Positions 1 to 13,349 of a stretch of DNA of 64,000 nucleotides are shown here, one piece after another. Made by a program: the position numbers and the translations under genes. The notes beneath the pieces were generated by a model that saw only the letters and a program-made list of their open reading frames with translations, searched no databases and had not been told where the DNA came from. The stretch covers positions 7,750,001 to 7,814,000 of the forward strand of contig NC_042998.1 in the NCBI RefSeq assembly GCF_006345805.1, in the 5' to 3' direction. The stretch comes from Octopus sinensis. Its lineage: Eukaryota. The first letter of the stretch is position 1. Each line of letters opens with the position of its first letter.

Positions 1-134
1 GGGACTTATTCTTTTTTTGTAAGCCCAGTACTTATTCTATCGGTCTCTTTTTGCCGAACCGCTAAGTGACGGGGACGTAAACACACCAGTATCGGTTGTC
101 AAGCAATGCTAGGGGGACAAACACAGACACACAA

Positions 135-190
<56 letters not shown>

Positions 191-352
191 GACAGGCTTC
201 TTTCAGTTTCCGTCTACCAAATCCACTCACAAGACATTGCTCGGCCCGGGGCTATAGCAGAAGACACTTGCCCAAGATGCCACGCAGTGGGACTGAACCC
301 GGAACCATGTGGTTGATTAGCAAGCTACTTACCACACAGACACTCCTGCGCC
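1..352 (-). mobile_element. tRNA-derived CORE-type SINE (group A), cut by window edge
   Basis: Minus-strand head GGCGCAGGAGTGTCTGTGTGGTAAGTAGC...GGTTCAGTCCCACTGCGTGGCATCTTGGGCAAGTGTCTT (tRNA-like boxes plus CORE-like CTTGGGCAAG), internal (TA)n(CA)n tract. More than 12 near-identical copies occur in the window. Confidence 0.9.
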
Positions 353-909
353 TATATGTGTACTGGACAAAGAAACCCAGATTAGATAATATATATTACG
401 TCACATGGTCAATATCAAACATTCTATAACGAAGCTGCTGGTTGACGTATTTACAAAATGGAACTGTTCTAGTTTATTTTGTTATACTGAAAGTACGAGA
501 TACTAGTATTATTGATAATACAAATTGTATTAATAATGACAGTGATATCAATGTTGGCGATAAGCATAATCGTATTTCATTTTATAATAGTTCAAACTTT
601 AAAAGCTCTGGACGAGATAATATGCTTTTTATCTATTTCATCATCGACAAGAAATCTGGCCTCTAGTTTTGAAATAGTTCAGCCACATTCCTGGGGAGAG
701 ACCAGAAAGTCGATAACACATGTATCATCAGTATCATATGAAGTTAACTGTAACAAATTAAATTTACTACAACGAATATAAGTGTCAACGTTGATTAATG
801 AACATTGTCAACAATGTATAAAGGGAAATCCAATATTATAATTTATCAGTAAGCGATAGGAGTGAGTTAAATAATCTTTTTTTTTTTTTGCGCTCGCGTA
901 ATCACAACA

Positions 910-934
910 ATGGAGAATTTGAGATATACAAAAG
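910..934 (+). CDS. Possible first coding micro-exon (MENLRYTK..), unverified
   Basis: ACAACAATGGAG start context and a perfect donor AAG|GTAAGT at 934/935. No downstream partner exon or homology could be established. Confidence 0.15.
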
Positions 935-1634
935 GTAAGTATCATTAAGGGAAAGGAAACGATTATAAGAATAGAATTTATTGATATACCCTACGTAGCG
1001 CAACAAGTAAAATAACCTAGATAACAGAGATAACCTTTGCAGAAAAATGAAGGAAAATATGTCCCGAACGGCAAATAAGTACAGTATAACAATGAACAAT
1101 CGCAGTAGCAAACAATGATGTTCTGTAAACAAAACAAGAGATAATATTCACTTTAAATGATAACGTAAAAGGTCCAATAACAGGGCAAAACTATTCTCTC
1201 AAAACTATACACCTTTAAAAGCAACCTGCTTAAATTCAATAGGACAATACGTTGTTAGAGCATAATTGATAAGCTACATCAGTAAAAAAGAGAATTCGAA
1301 ACATTTTAGAAATTGGACAAATGCCATGTTGTATTTGTTCCAGTTGATGGCCATTTTCTTGCACTTGAGATCATGGCACTCTCACATTCCTAAGCCTGCT
1401 GTATTTGTTCCATTCTGATCCATAAGTGTGGTCAGTACAAAACGAAGTTAATAGTTTTTTGTGTGTTTTTAAATGGATAATATGTGCCTTCCATGCTGCA
1501 ATCATGTGAAATCATTTACGAGCGTGTTCAGTGATCTGCTAATATATGAGTGCTTATGGGTGAGTATGTGTGTGCATCCTGAAGTCGTTGTTGCTCTCCT
1601 GGTGTAGTTTCTTGGTATTGTGAATCAGCGGTTT

Positions 1635-1850
1635 ATGTGTCTGTGTTTGTCCCCCCACAACCACCATCGCTTGACAACCGATGCTGGTGTGTTTACATCC
1701 CCGTAAGCTAGCGGTTCGGCAAAAGAGACCGATAGAATAATTACTAGGCTTACAAAGAATAAGCTCTGGGGTCAATTTGCTCGACTGAAGGCGGTGCTCC
1801 AGCATGGCCGCAGTCAAATGACTGAAACAGGTAAAAGAATAAAAGAAGAA
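1635..1850 (+). mobile_element. Group A SINE, 3' half
   Basis: TGTGTTTGTCCCCCC...CGGTTCGGCAAAAGAGACCGATAGAATAA...GACTGAAACAGGTAAAAGAATAAAAG matches the tail of the other group A copies. Confidence 0.85.
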
Positions 1851-2234
1851 TGCATAATTCTCTTTTTAGAGAGTATCTCGAATTACTTAAATATTTAAAT
1901 TAGCTTTGGTGACAGTCATATAGTTTTGCCCAAATCAATGCTACCACCAGTCGCCAGATTTAAATGCAATATGCAAATAATTTTCCATAAGAAACACGTT
2001 TGATGATGCTTTTTCTACCTGTTTTATCGTCTTATTTGGATGCACAAGCGGGAAAATGAGTATTCAAAAGAAAAACAAACAAACTTGTCATTATTTGTTA
2101 GATGTGTTGTTGATTCACACCGTTGCTATGTATGCCTGCATGTTATGAGCAGGCATACATAGTGACTGGAAGAGTAACGATGGAATGAATCATCGTACAC
2201 GGGGAAAAATGTTCAGAGGCAGTGACTCGCTAAC

Positions 2235-2328
2235 ACATACACACTCATATATATGTATGCGTGTGTGTGTTTGTGTGTGTGTGTATATGCATACATACAT
2301 ACATATATATGTATATACATATATATAC

Positions 2329-2386
<58 letters not shown>

Positions 2387-2569
2387 ATAGTACATGCATT
2401 CATGTATGCATACGTACATATAGATACATTTATATAATAATATACATACATATATATATGTGTTATATATTTCTCTCTCTCTCTCTCTATGTATATATAT
2501 ATATATATATATATACACATTCAGAGAGAGACAGACATATACATATATATATACATATATCATATATAT

Positions 2570-2601
<32 letters not shown>

Positions 2602-2700
2602 ATATATATATACATTCAGAGAGAGAGACAGACAGAAAGCCAGATATGTATATATGTATGTATATATTTGTACGTGTATGTACGCACGTATATACTGACA
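2235..2700. repeat. Compound (TA)n/(CA)n/(GA)n microsatellite field
   Basis: Directly visible; source of the YI/HT/CV-rich pseudo-ORFs. Confidence 0.95.
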
Positions 2701-3638
2701 TTTTTATATTATGAAAGTTCCAAGCAAGTTGCGAAGCAAATATTTTAGTAATGAATCATGTTTTGTGAAGTCAAAAATAACTTTCTTACATTAAACAATT
2801 ACAATGTAATGTTAATTTTGCTTTTACTTATCTTGTTTAGAAACAAACACACTAATGAAGTACAACTTCATACTGTTCTCTTCATCATATACTTGTTTAG
2901 TGTTATGCTTAGCAACATGCGTGTCTTAACAATGTTAATATTTATTGCTTTTAGAATGAAGAATATGATGTAGCATGCTTAGATGGTATTATTGAAAGTG
3001 CGAAGTTCTTACAGAAATGATACTGCGTAATTGATATTATTTTTCACGAAATATTAAACAGTTGCAAACGGTATCAAGATACAGGTAAAAATTTATTAAA
3101 CTGCGCCGCTGTAATGATTAATTTTAGCTTGCATTTTATTTTAGTAAAAGGGCATTGTGTAATAATCTGGATAATTAAATAAGTTGCGGATTTGATATGG
3201 CAGTAAGACAGGTGGTAAAAATCAGAGATCGTTATAACACGTGTAGGACGTATTTTGTAGAAAATAATTTGTTTATGGCATATATAATTAGATAACAGTT
3301 ATGATAACATTCGTTTGGGGATTTACATAGTTAATACTAGTAGGAATAATGGTCTAATTGAATAAAATGAGCTGATCTGTGTTAATGGAATCTGGTATAC
3401 ACATCAACTTATAGATATACACACTGATGTACAAAAACATCTTATGTCTCTCATTCTTGGTGCATGCTACTGTTTAGCTCTAAGTTTCACGGAACCTCTG
3501 ATCAAAGACATTATAAGTGTAAACATCGAGGCCGACATCAGCCTATATGTTCTTTGAAGAATTATATTTGCAATTGGGGAAGCATTTGTGATGGGGTTAA
3601 GAAACACCTCCGTTGACAAGACTGTGCATGTATTCTTT

Positions 3639-3678
<40 letters not shown>

Positions 3679-3684
3679 TCTCTC

Positions 3685-4507
3685 TCTTACTCTCTTACTT
3701 GTTTCAGTCATTTGACTGCGGCCATGCTGGAGCACCGCCTTTAGTCGAGCAACTCGACCCCGGGACTTGTTCTTTGTAAGCCCAGTACTTATTCTATCAG
3801 TCTCTTTTGCCGAACCGCTAAGTACCGGGGACGTAAACACACCAGCATCGGTTGTCAAGCAATGCTAGGGGGACAAACACAGACACACAAACATATATAA
3901 TATACATATACATATATACGACAGGCTTCTTTCAGTTTCCGTCTACCAAATCCACTCACAAGGCTTTGGTCGGCCCGAGGCTATAGTAGAGACCTTGCCC
4001 AAGATGCCACGCAGTTGGACTGAACCCGGAACCATGTGGTTGGTAAGCAAGCTACTTACCACACAGCCACCTGCGCCTATATATATATATATATAATATA
4101 TGTACTCTCTCTCTTACTCTCTTACTTGTTTCAGTCATTTGACTGCGGCCATGCTGGAGCACCGCCTTTAGTCGAGCAACTCGACCCCGGACTTGTTCTT
4201 TGTAAGCCCAGTACTTATTCTATCAGTCTCTTTTGCCGAACCGCTAAGTACCGGGGACGTAAACACACCAGCATCGGTTGTCAAGCAATGCTAGGGGGAC
4301 AAACACAGACACACAAACATATATATATATACATATACATATATACGACAGGCTTCTTTCAGTTTCCGTCTACCAAATCCACTCACAAGGCTTTGGTCGG
4401 CCCGAGGCTATAGTAGAAGACACTTGCCCAAGATGCCACGCAGTGGGACTGAACCCGGAACCATGTGGTTGGTAAGCAAGCTACTTACCACACAGCCACC
4501 TGCGCCT
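3685..4507 (-). mobile_element. Two tandem group A SINE copies (427-bp duplication)
   Basis: Both copies share private variants (TATCAGTCTC, AAGTACCGGGG, CACAGCCACCTGCGCC). GTTTCAGTCA occurs at 3701 and 4128. Confidence 0.9.
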
Positions 4508-7502
4508 ATATATATATATATATAATAGGTACAGGCGTGCGTACTGATGCGCACATGTCTGCGTGGTTTATTTGTGTATATGCATCATGGTCTCACTGTT
4601 TCCCACCCAGTTTCTATAATTATTCTGAATCTATCTTTAGAGAATTTGTTTTTCAAATATGTCTAACCTGAAGAAAAGCTGTTTATTATTTCCATTTTCA
4701 GTGAACTTTAGTTAATAGCTTCTGAAAGCAATCTGGATTCCCGTTCTCTCATCATTAGTAGCATTACATCAAGATCATTACAAGCAGATGAAAAGTATAT
4801 ATTATCAATAATGATTTTTCGGCGATATGTGGCTTGCTGGACACATTATGAGTCCGGATTTTCGCCCAGAAGAAAGTGCTGAGAGGAAGACTTTAAAGCT
4901 TAGTAGACTGGAATAAAGATCCAGCTTTTACAATTATGCAAGTAAAATCCAGTTATATAAATGTTTTCTGCTCAGAAGACTTAAAGCGACAAAAACGACG
5001 ATAACAGCCAGAAACTAAGTTGCTTAATGATTCTGATGTTGGGCGTATCTCCAGAGTCGTGAAAAGAAATTGCTCAGTCCTCATTACTATGAGCTAAGAC
5101 CAAAGAATCTAATCTCTCACTCTCAACTGGTGAAGACGACAATTTTCCACTGAAACTGCAACAGCCACAAAAACTAAATCACCAGGAAGCCCTTCTTCAA
5201 AGCAGCACCATTCCACACATTTAAGGACTAGGAACAAACGGCAGCCATAGAGACCAGCAAAATTGCGCCGATATATATAAAACAAAGAGACAAAAAGAAC
5301 TAAGACCCAAAGAAATCAACAATAAGAAAGCGTGGGAGGTACACGACGTGTATAGAGGAAAGGCTCAACGGTGAAGAGGCAATCTCATATGAACGATAAC
5401 CAGACTCATGATTAGGATCACGTCTCTGGTGAGGAGGGGCCTGTCTTCTTCGAAAATAAGTCCATCTCATGTGAGGAGGAACTAATCTCCGGCCCGATTG
5501 AAATGTTCTTCATTGCCATTAGTAAGGTCAATAAAGATGTAATAGAACACATATATGAATTTGCATGAGAATAATCTAGACAAAGCGATGATTGAACAGC
5601 ATACGGAATACAATTATAAAGAATAACTGACAAATTATCAAAACTTTCCACAACATATTACTGAAATTTTAAATGTAAACTATCCACCGGATATGGGCCA
5701 TCTTCGTACAAAATGCTTAACGTCATTTCTTCTGGCTTTTTATGTTCTGGGTTCAAATACACGCCTTTGTAGGGTGATAAAGTACTAGTCAAGAACTGTG
5801 TTGATATAATCGACTAATTGATTCACCCCTGCCCCAAAATTTCCTGACCTTGTACCAAAACTTGTACCAATTTTAGGTGGTGAGCTGTCTGGATCGTTAA
5901 CGCGTAGGGCAAAACGCCTAGTGACATTTCTTCCGTTTCTTTACATTCTGTGTTCAAATTCCGCTGAGGTCGATAAAATAAGGGGAGCAATGAGGTCGAT
6001 GTAATCGACTTCCCCCTCCCCTCAAAATTGCTGGCCTTGTGCCAAGATTAGAAATGATAATAATTATTACTCCTATTGCAAGAGGTAATAGATTATGTGA
6101 GGTAGTTTACTAAATTCTGCTGCAAGTCATATCCTTCTCGGTTTGCATTTAATTTTAATAAATTAAAACATTTAATATTTTAGCTAATTTAATTATATGC
6201 TTTAATAAGTTGAATAAGTGTGAGGTTTCTCTATCTAAGTCCTTTAACGCACGGAGGAATTCTTTAATTACCATAGTCTATTCTTGTAATAAGAAGATGC
6301 CACTTCTCTATTCAATTTTTTTACTGTGTATCAAACCCAGATCAGAAAATTCATTAAAATTTCTTTTCGTGCTATATTTGGTTCTAATTAAGTTTGCTAG
6401 TTGAAAGAAGATTGCCTGGGGAAGACATAGAAGTAAAAATAGCTTGAGGGTTTTCTGTTACATACTTGTAATATAATATACTGTGAAGCAATAGAACTAG
6501 AACTCAATGCCTCTAACTTAACCTTTATTACCATGAATAATTAAACATTCCAGATTAAAAGCATGCAATAACAATGTAACTAAGTTTTAACTTCGGCAGC
6601 TGGGTCCAATATTCATCTGTTTCTTTACTTCGTTCACTTTTCTTTCCCTTAAAATTTTTTTTCTTACTCTTGAGATTGTTTAGCATATAAGAAGTTTATT
6701 CCTAACCATATGGTTCAGGGTTAAGTCCCTCTTCTTGCACTTTGGGCAAGCGTCTTCTTCTATTATAGCCCCGGGCAGACCAAATCTTTCTGTGTGGATC
6801 TACTTAGATGGAAACTGAAAGAAGCCCGTCATATGTGTGTGTTGTACGTCTGTGTGTGTGTTTATGTTTATCCTCACAGTTGTTGGTTTGTTTACCTCCC
6901 CGTAAAATAACGGTTCGGTAAAATGAGACCGATACAATATGTACCAAAGGGTCGATTTATTCGACAAAATATTCTTCAAGGCGGCGACCCCAGCATGGCC
7001 GCAGTTTTGTGACTGAAACAAGATAAAAAGTGAATACGATAATGGTTTTATTAGATTTAATCTTATTCACTATGTCAACAAAATATTTGCCGAGACGGAC
7101 AAGTTTGACAAAAGGGATCAAATTTCTTGTTTTACTTGCTTTGTCAACAAATGAAGGACACTGCAAGTGACTCAATAAAGTGAAATATGATGAAATAAAA
7201 ATACTCTAAATCAATATAAAAAAGCATTTGTCCATCGATTCAGTGAGAGTTTTTTGAGTATTTGCACGACCTGCTTAGATTAGTAACAATGTCTTCCTGA
7301 AATCACATCCCCTGTAATAAAAAAAAGGGAAGCAAAACTGGATAATATAACGTGTAGGGTAATATATTTGACGTAGTCAGCAAATTTTAATTAATATAAG
7401 CTACACCCTTCAAGGCCGCAATCCAATAACTGAAACATGTAAACGATAAGAAATAAAGAAACACGTCTTGTATGTTGTCATATTCATATATACGTTTTGC
7501 AC

Positions 7503-7716
7503 TTACTCTTTTACTCTTTTACTTGTTTCAGTCATTTGACTGTGTCCATGCTGGAGCACCGCCTTTAGTCGAGCAAATCGACCCCAGGACTAATTCTTTG
7601 TAAGCCTAGTACATATTCTATCGGGTTCTTTTGCCGAACCGCTAAGTTACGGGGACGTAAACACACCAGCAGCGATTGTCAAGCAATGTTGGGGGGACAA
7701 ACACAGACACACAAAC

Positions 7717-7751
<35 letters not shown>

Positions 7752-7912
7752 CGACAGGCTTCTTTTAGTTTCCGTTTACCAAATCCACTCAAAAAGCTTT
7801 AGTTGGCTCGAGGTTATAGTAGAAGACACTTGCCCAAGATGCCACGCAGCGTGACTGAACCCGTAACTATGTGGTTGGTAAGCAAGCTACTCACCACACA
7901 GCCACCCGTACG
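7503..7912 (-). mobile_element. Group A SINE, full length
   Basis: Tail CTTTTACTCTTTTACTTGTTTCAGTC through head CCACACAGCCAC, with internal (CA)n(TA)n. Confidence 0.9.
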
Positions 7913-8470
7913 CCTTATTAAGAAAAAAAGAAATATACCAACACTGGAGCAAAATTATTAAATCTGGGCTGCTAAAGTACATAGTTTCTCAGTGCAATGA
8001 AACGTAGATAATAAAATATTCAGCGGAAATTATTTAACACTTCTGTCAAAAGGCAGTCAGTATTTACAGGTAAACAGAGTGCTATCACGAGATATTTAAA
8101 GGTCACTTAATGGCTTTTGCTACAAAATTATCTTCGACGATAAGAAAGCGTGCATTCAACTTCGTATTTCAGTAAGTTACTCTGACCTGTTGTAAACTGC
8201 TACCGACACCGCATGTCGCACTTTAAAAACACACAAATACATTTCGTAGTCGGGAATCTAACGAATTTAAATGAGCCTGAAAATATGTACGCTATATCAG
8301 TGTTATCTGTTCATATTTGTATCTACTTAACTTACAATACAACTCTACATATATCGAATAGTTCATCATTAAAACTACGTCTCCATCAATTTTATACGTA
8401 TATCAGATTACTAAACTGAAAGTTTTACGGGGTTTCTTTTCCTGTTTCAGTGGTGAGGATTACATTGTCG

Positions 8471-8509
<39 letters not shown>

Positions 8510-8569
8510 GATACATATATATCTATGAAATATATATATGTGTATATATACATGTGTATGTATATATAT

Positions 8570-8772
8570 ACTCTTTTACTTGTTTCAGTCAAGTGATTGT
8601 GGCCATGCTGGAGCACCGCCTTTGGTCGAGCAAATCGACCCCAGAGCTTATTCTTTGTAAGCCTAGTACTTATTCTATCGATCTCTTTTACGGGGACATA
8701 AACACACCAGCATCTGTTGTCAAGCGATGTTGGTGGTGGGGGACAAACACAGACACATAAACATATACACAC

Positions 8773-8829
<57 letters not shown>

Positions 8830-9236
8830 TATACATGGGTAAGTGTATATAAGTATGTATATATGTATTCTCTTTTATTTGTTTCAGTCATTTGACTGTG
8901 GTCATGCTGGAGTACTGCCTTTTAGTCGAACAAATTGACTCCAGGACTTATTCTTTGTAAGCATAGTGCTTATTCTATCGGTCTGCTTTGCCGAAACGCT
9001 AAGTTACGGGGACGTAAACACACTAACATCGGTTGTTGAGCGATGGCAGGAACAAACACAGACACACAAGCATAGGCATTCACACATATATATACGACGT
9101 GATTCTTTCAGTTTCCACCTACTAAATCCACTCACAAGGCTTTGGTTGGCCCGAGGCTATAGTAGAAGACACTTGCCCAAGATGCCATGCAGTGGGACTG
9201 AACCTGGAAGCTACTTACCACACAGCCACACCTGCG

Positions 9237-9238
<2 letters not shown>
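8570..9238 (-). mobile_element. Two adjacent group A SINE copies (one 3' half, one near full length)
   Basis: Tail motif CTTTTA(C/T)TTGTTTCAGTCA at about 8572 and 8872; head CCACACAGCCACACCTGCGCC at about 9218-9238. Confidence 0.85.
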
Positions 9239-9283
<45 letters not shown>

Positions 9284-9832
9284 AATTTTGGGTAGATTGG
9301 CTCGTGTATGTGAGGTTATTTATATTTATGTATGTATGAATATATGTATATGTGTGTACGTATATGTGTACGTGGATATTTAAGTGTACGTGTGAGTGTG
9401 GGAGTATATGTATCGATATGTATATGTAGGTGAGTGAAGGAATGTGATATACATGAAGATATAGCGTGTTTATCTTGTTGTTTTGGCTCGATATTCATAT
9501 CTGGGGCATTTCGTTTGTATTGGTATTACTGTAGTTTGGATGTATGTATAGAGCTTATTTTTCAATGTGCGTATAGACTCGGTTTCGTTTTTCGTTTTGT
9601 TTATATTACATTTGTTTTGTTGTGTGTATTTAAATTACTTTTCGTTGTCCTTATCGAATTGGTTTCGTTTTTCGTTTTGTTTCTCAAAATGGAAAAAATA
9701 GTGTTTTTCTTCCCTATATTTACTTTAAACTATAACTTGAATAAATTGTAAGTTTGATTTATATCATAAATTGTTTTATTTAGATTTGAATTAATATATA
9801 AACTAATGTTTTACCATAAATATATATACATA

Positions 9833-10209
9833 CACTTGCGTCAGAAATTAATTAGCACTTCTCAAATTTCTACATTAAATAGGTTAAATCAATTAACCTA
9901 TGAGCTGTTCAAAACGTCTTACGCGATGAGAAAACTTAGTATGGTGTGATTTCGGTCCTTGCGAGGCGCTACCTATATCTATTAAACAAAGGAAGATTTG
10001 TCTGCATCCGCACTCCAATTTGTTGCACTGCTATGTCAACATCATAAGGCTGTAGACTCTCAAACTGCTCTGCAAACAAAGTTACGTCATCGTTCTGCGC
10101 AACAGTGAACTCGCAACAAAGCAATAGTTCGAGATATGGCCACTAGGTGACAGCACATACCTTGAGTGAAGAGCAAATCAAGGGTGCTAATTAATTTCTG
10201 ACGGTAGTG
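9833..10209. mobile_element. Tc1/mariner-type MITE (377 bp)
   Basis: TA|CACTTGCGTCAGAAATTAATTAGCAC ... GTGCTAATTAATTTCTGACGGTAGTG|TA: 26-bp TIRs with 2 mismatches, TA target duplication, no ORF. Confidence 0.85.
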
Positions 10210-10241
10210 TATGTGTATGAAATTTTATATGTATACAGGTT

Positions 10242-10294
<53 letters not shown>

Positions 10295-10435
10295 CAACCT
10301 GTATACATATAAACAATAGAATATATATATATATATATTTCTATTGTTGAATAAGTAAACTTGCCTATTTGAATATGCATGTATGTATACGTACGTCTAT
10401 GTGTATGTATATCTAGAAAAATGGATAAGTGCACT

Positions 10436-10475
<40 letters not shown>

Positions 10476-11023
10476 TATATTTCAACAAAATCGGTTATAG
10501 AACTAGACATAACTAGATATATATTTAAGAATTTACGAAATTTCAGTTAGATTATTTATTTATGATTAAGCTCGCTCTTAAAAAGTGTGTTTTTGAAATG
10601 CGTTAGCAGTTATAAAAATTTTCATTTACTATTTTTCGTGAAATATTTAAGAAGATATGTCTATCTGATGAAACCTCATTATATTTGAAACGATATTTTA
10701 TTATTCTTGAGAAACTTGTTATTATTAATAGTGTTGAAACAGCATTACGAGATGTGTCGTTTGTATGAAATAAAATTGAATTGAATTTATCATTTGATTA
10801 AATTATTAGTTGTTCTATTTATTATTTTGATTTCGATTTCTGATTTATATATTGATATTGATAAACTGTATGTTTATTTTATTTAAGTTAAGAGCGATAG
10901 TTCATAAGATTGTTATTCATATAGGTAAAAATACTCAGTAAATACTATAGATATTTAATATCCCTTAGGTGGTTATTTAACACACACACACACACCACAC
11001 ACACATATAATATATATTATATA

Positions 11024-11077
<54 letters not shown>

Positions 11078-11097
11078 ATATATATATAAATAGTAGT

Positions 11098-11392
11098 GGC
11101 CTAGTAGTTAGAGCAGCAGACTCGCGGTCGAGGGATCACGGGTTCGAATCTCAGATCGTGCGATGTGTGTACTTATGAGCGAAACACCTAAACTCTACGC
11201 AGCTCCCGCAGAAGGTAATGGCGAACCTCTTCCGACTTTATCGCCACAACTTTCTCTCACTCTTTACCCCTGAATCTAGCAGCTCTCCTGCGCCAGACCG
11301 GTGTCTCGTCCAGGTGGGGAACCTATACGCCAATGAAACCGGGAAACCGGCTCTTATGAGCCAAGCGTGGCTTGAGAAGGGACAAACAACAA
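11098..11392 (+). mobile_element. Group C SINE variant (tRNA-Arg-like head, alternative tail)
   Basis: TGGCCTAGTAGTTAGAGCAGCAGACTCGCGGTCG...GGTTCGAATCTC head; tail TACGCCAATGAAACCGGGAAACCGG resembles the copy at 56225-56533. Confidence 0.75.
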
Positions 11393-11394
11393 TA

Positions 11395-11657
11395 TATATA
11401 CAAGTATATACCGTTACCAAAAGTCGGGATGTGTAGTGTTCAGTTATTCCATAAATGAAAAATGCATTAGATATTACAAAACGTACACGTTGGACAGACA
11501 TATAAGGGCTCAAATCCTTCCTCATTTATCGACCAAAAATACTAATACTCAGTTAAATGCACGAAACTCGGTATTAGGATTTTTGGTCGATAACCGAGGA
11601 AGGATTAGGGCCCTTCTGTGTCTATCTTACGTGTACGTTTTGTAGTATCTAATGCAT

Positions 11658-11663
<6 letters not shown>
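11395..11663. repeat. Fold-back element: about 100-bp inverted arms, (TA)n-flanked
   Basis: 11455-11555 (ATGAAAAATGCATTAGATATTACAAAACGTACACG...) is the reverse complement of 11566-11663 with scattered mismatches; loop about 10 nt. Confidence 0.9.
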
Positions 11664-11700
<37 letters not shown>

Positions 11701-11707
<7 letters not shown>

Positions 11708-11946
11708 TAATATTAGGGAATATATCCAATTTACAGGGAAAAAAAAAGATTTAGGATTAATCCAATTTATATAGTAAAATATTATAAAATATTATTTGAG
11801 ACAAAACCACTATTTTGCAAAACAAACAGGAAAGACTTAATCATACATAAAATTTAATAAATACTATTTATTAAATTTTATGTATTGATTAAACTTTTCT
11901 TGTTTGTTTTGCAAAATAGTGGTTTTGTCTCAAATAATATTTTATA
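11701..11946. repeat. Fold-back element: about 81-bp inverted arms around C11864, (TA)n-flanked
   Basis: TATAAAATATTATTTGAGACAAAACCACTATTTTGCAAAACAAAC...AATTTAATAAATA|C|TATTTATTAAATT...GTTTGTTTTGCAAAATAGTGGTTTTGTCTCAAATAATATTTTATA. Confidence 0.9.
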
Positions 11947-11989
11947 TATATATATATATATATACATACACACACACACAAATTTCTTT

Positions 11990-12415
11990 CAGTTTCTTAT
12001 TTCTTTACTGCCCACAAGGGACAACATACAGAAGGGACAAACAAGGACAGAAAAACAGATTAAGTTGATTATATCGACCCCAATGCGTAACTGGTACTTA
12101 TTTAATCGTTCCCGAAAGGATGCAAGGCAAAGTCGACCTCGGCGGAATTTGAACTCAGAACGTAATGGCAGACGAAATACCTATTTCTTTACTACCCACA
12201 AAGGGCTAAACACAGAGAGGGCAAACAAGGACAGACAAACGGATTAAGTCGATAACATCGACCCCAGTGCGTAACTGGTACTTAATTTATCGACCCCGAA
12301 AGAATGAAAGGCAAAGTCGACCTCGGCGGAATTTGATTTAAGAACGTAGCGGGAGACGAAATACTGCTAAGCATTTCGCCTGGCGTGCTAACGTTTCTGC
12401 CAGCTCGCCGCTTTA
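11990..12415 (-). mobile_element. Group B SINE dimer
   Basis: Head GGCGAGCTGGCAGAAACGTTAGCACG, B-box-like GTTC(T)AAATTCCGCCGAGGTCGAC; body repeated twice through the junction AAGAAATAGGTATTTCGTC. Confidence 0.85.
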
Positions 12416-13349
12416 GTTTCTGTCTAACAAATCAACTCACAAGATACTTGTCCAAGATGCCACGCAGTGGGTCTGAACTCAGAACCATGAAATCGCTTAT
12501 AATAAAGTAAACGGTGATCAAACCTCGACTATCGCATTATAGCTTCTGATATAGAATACGCAAGTGTACCTTATCCCTTCTACTACATTTTTCTCAGATG
12601 TTAAGGTATGATTTGAGGAAGATTTGGTTACTACTTCAAGTAAACCCAACAAAGTTGTTGGTTCCCTCTCTTATAGGTATTCAGAATTGCTGATAAAGTA
12701 TTTTGTTACTGCCTGATACGCCTTTCTCTTGTACGCAAGAAGACGCAATTGCAATAAAACACTATATCTTTAGCATAATGTTACTGTGTTTGAGTTCCAG
12801 GGTGCTTTGACATTTCAGCTTACCATTGAATATGTCAGTAAGGTACATACTGATGTCTGTCAGTACAGACCGTATAAGTCACATCGACTTTTAAATCATA
12901 TCTAAATAGATATTGTTGCCTGATCTTCAGTCTTCGGAGAACTTTCTTCCTTCTTTTCACCAGTGTCAGGGGAGCTATTACAACTCCTCAAATTCAGCTA
13001 TAAAAATCTATTTTAATATGAAAAGCATTTCATATTAAGAATATATCCATCAACCCATCTTCTCCGCCCACTATTTCTAGAATGATCGTAAGTGTGTTCT
13101 CGGGTGCCTTCCTCCATAGGATTCTATCAAGCAACTGTCATGAAGCCTGCTCGAAAAACTATATATATACAAATGAATCCATACAAACACATAAACACAA
13201 GCTTACGCAGGCACAGATACGCACACACCCATGTGCATTACACACAAACATATATGTACACACACACACACATATATACACACACACATATATATATACA
13301 CACACACACACATATATACACACACACACATACACACACACACACACAT

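Noticed and set aside
700-740. Minus-strand CVIDFLVSPQEC as a Cys-loop
   Set aside because: Only 10 residues between the cysteines (13 required), no FPxD, and a stop follows immediately.
512-781. Hydrophobic 89-aa ORF resembling a TM segment
   Set aside because: AT-rich DNA gives I/L/F-rich peptides by default; no family motif or convincing splice context.
5080-5680. Decayed ORF-like stretch (DHVSGEEGPVFFENK..; KELRPKEINNKKAWEV..)
   Set aside because: Multiple stops and frame changes, and no identifiable domain.
10660-10700. CTGATGA...GAAAC as a hammerhead
   Set aside because: No stem I, II or III pairing around the core words.
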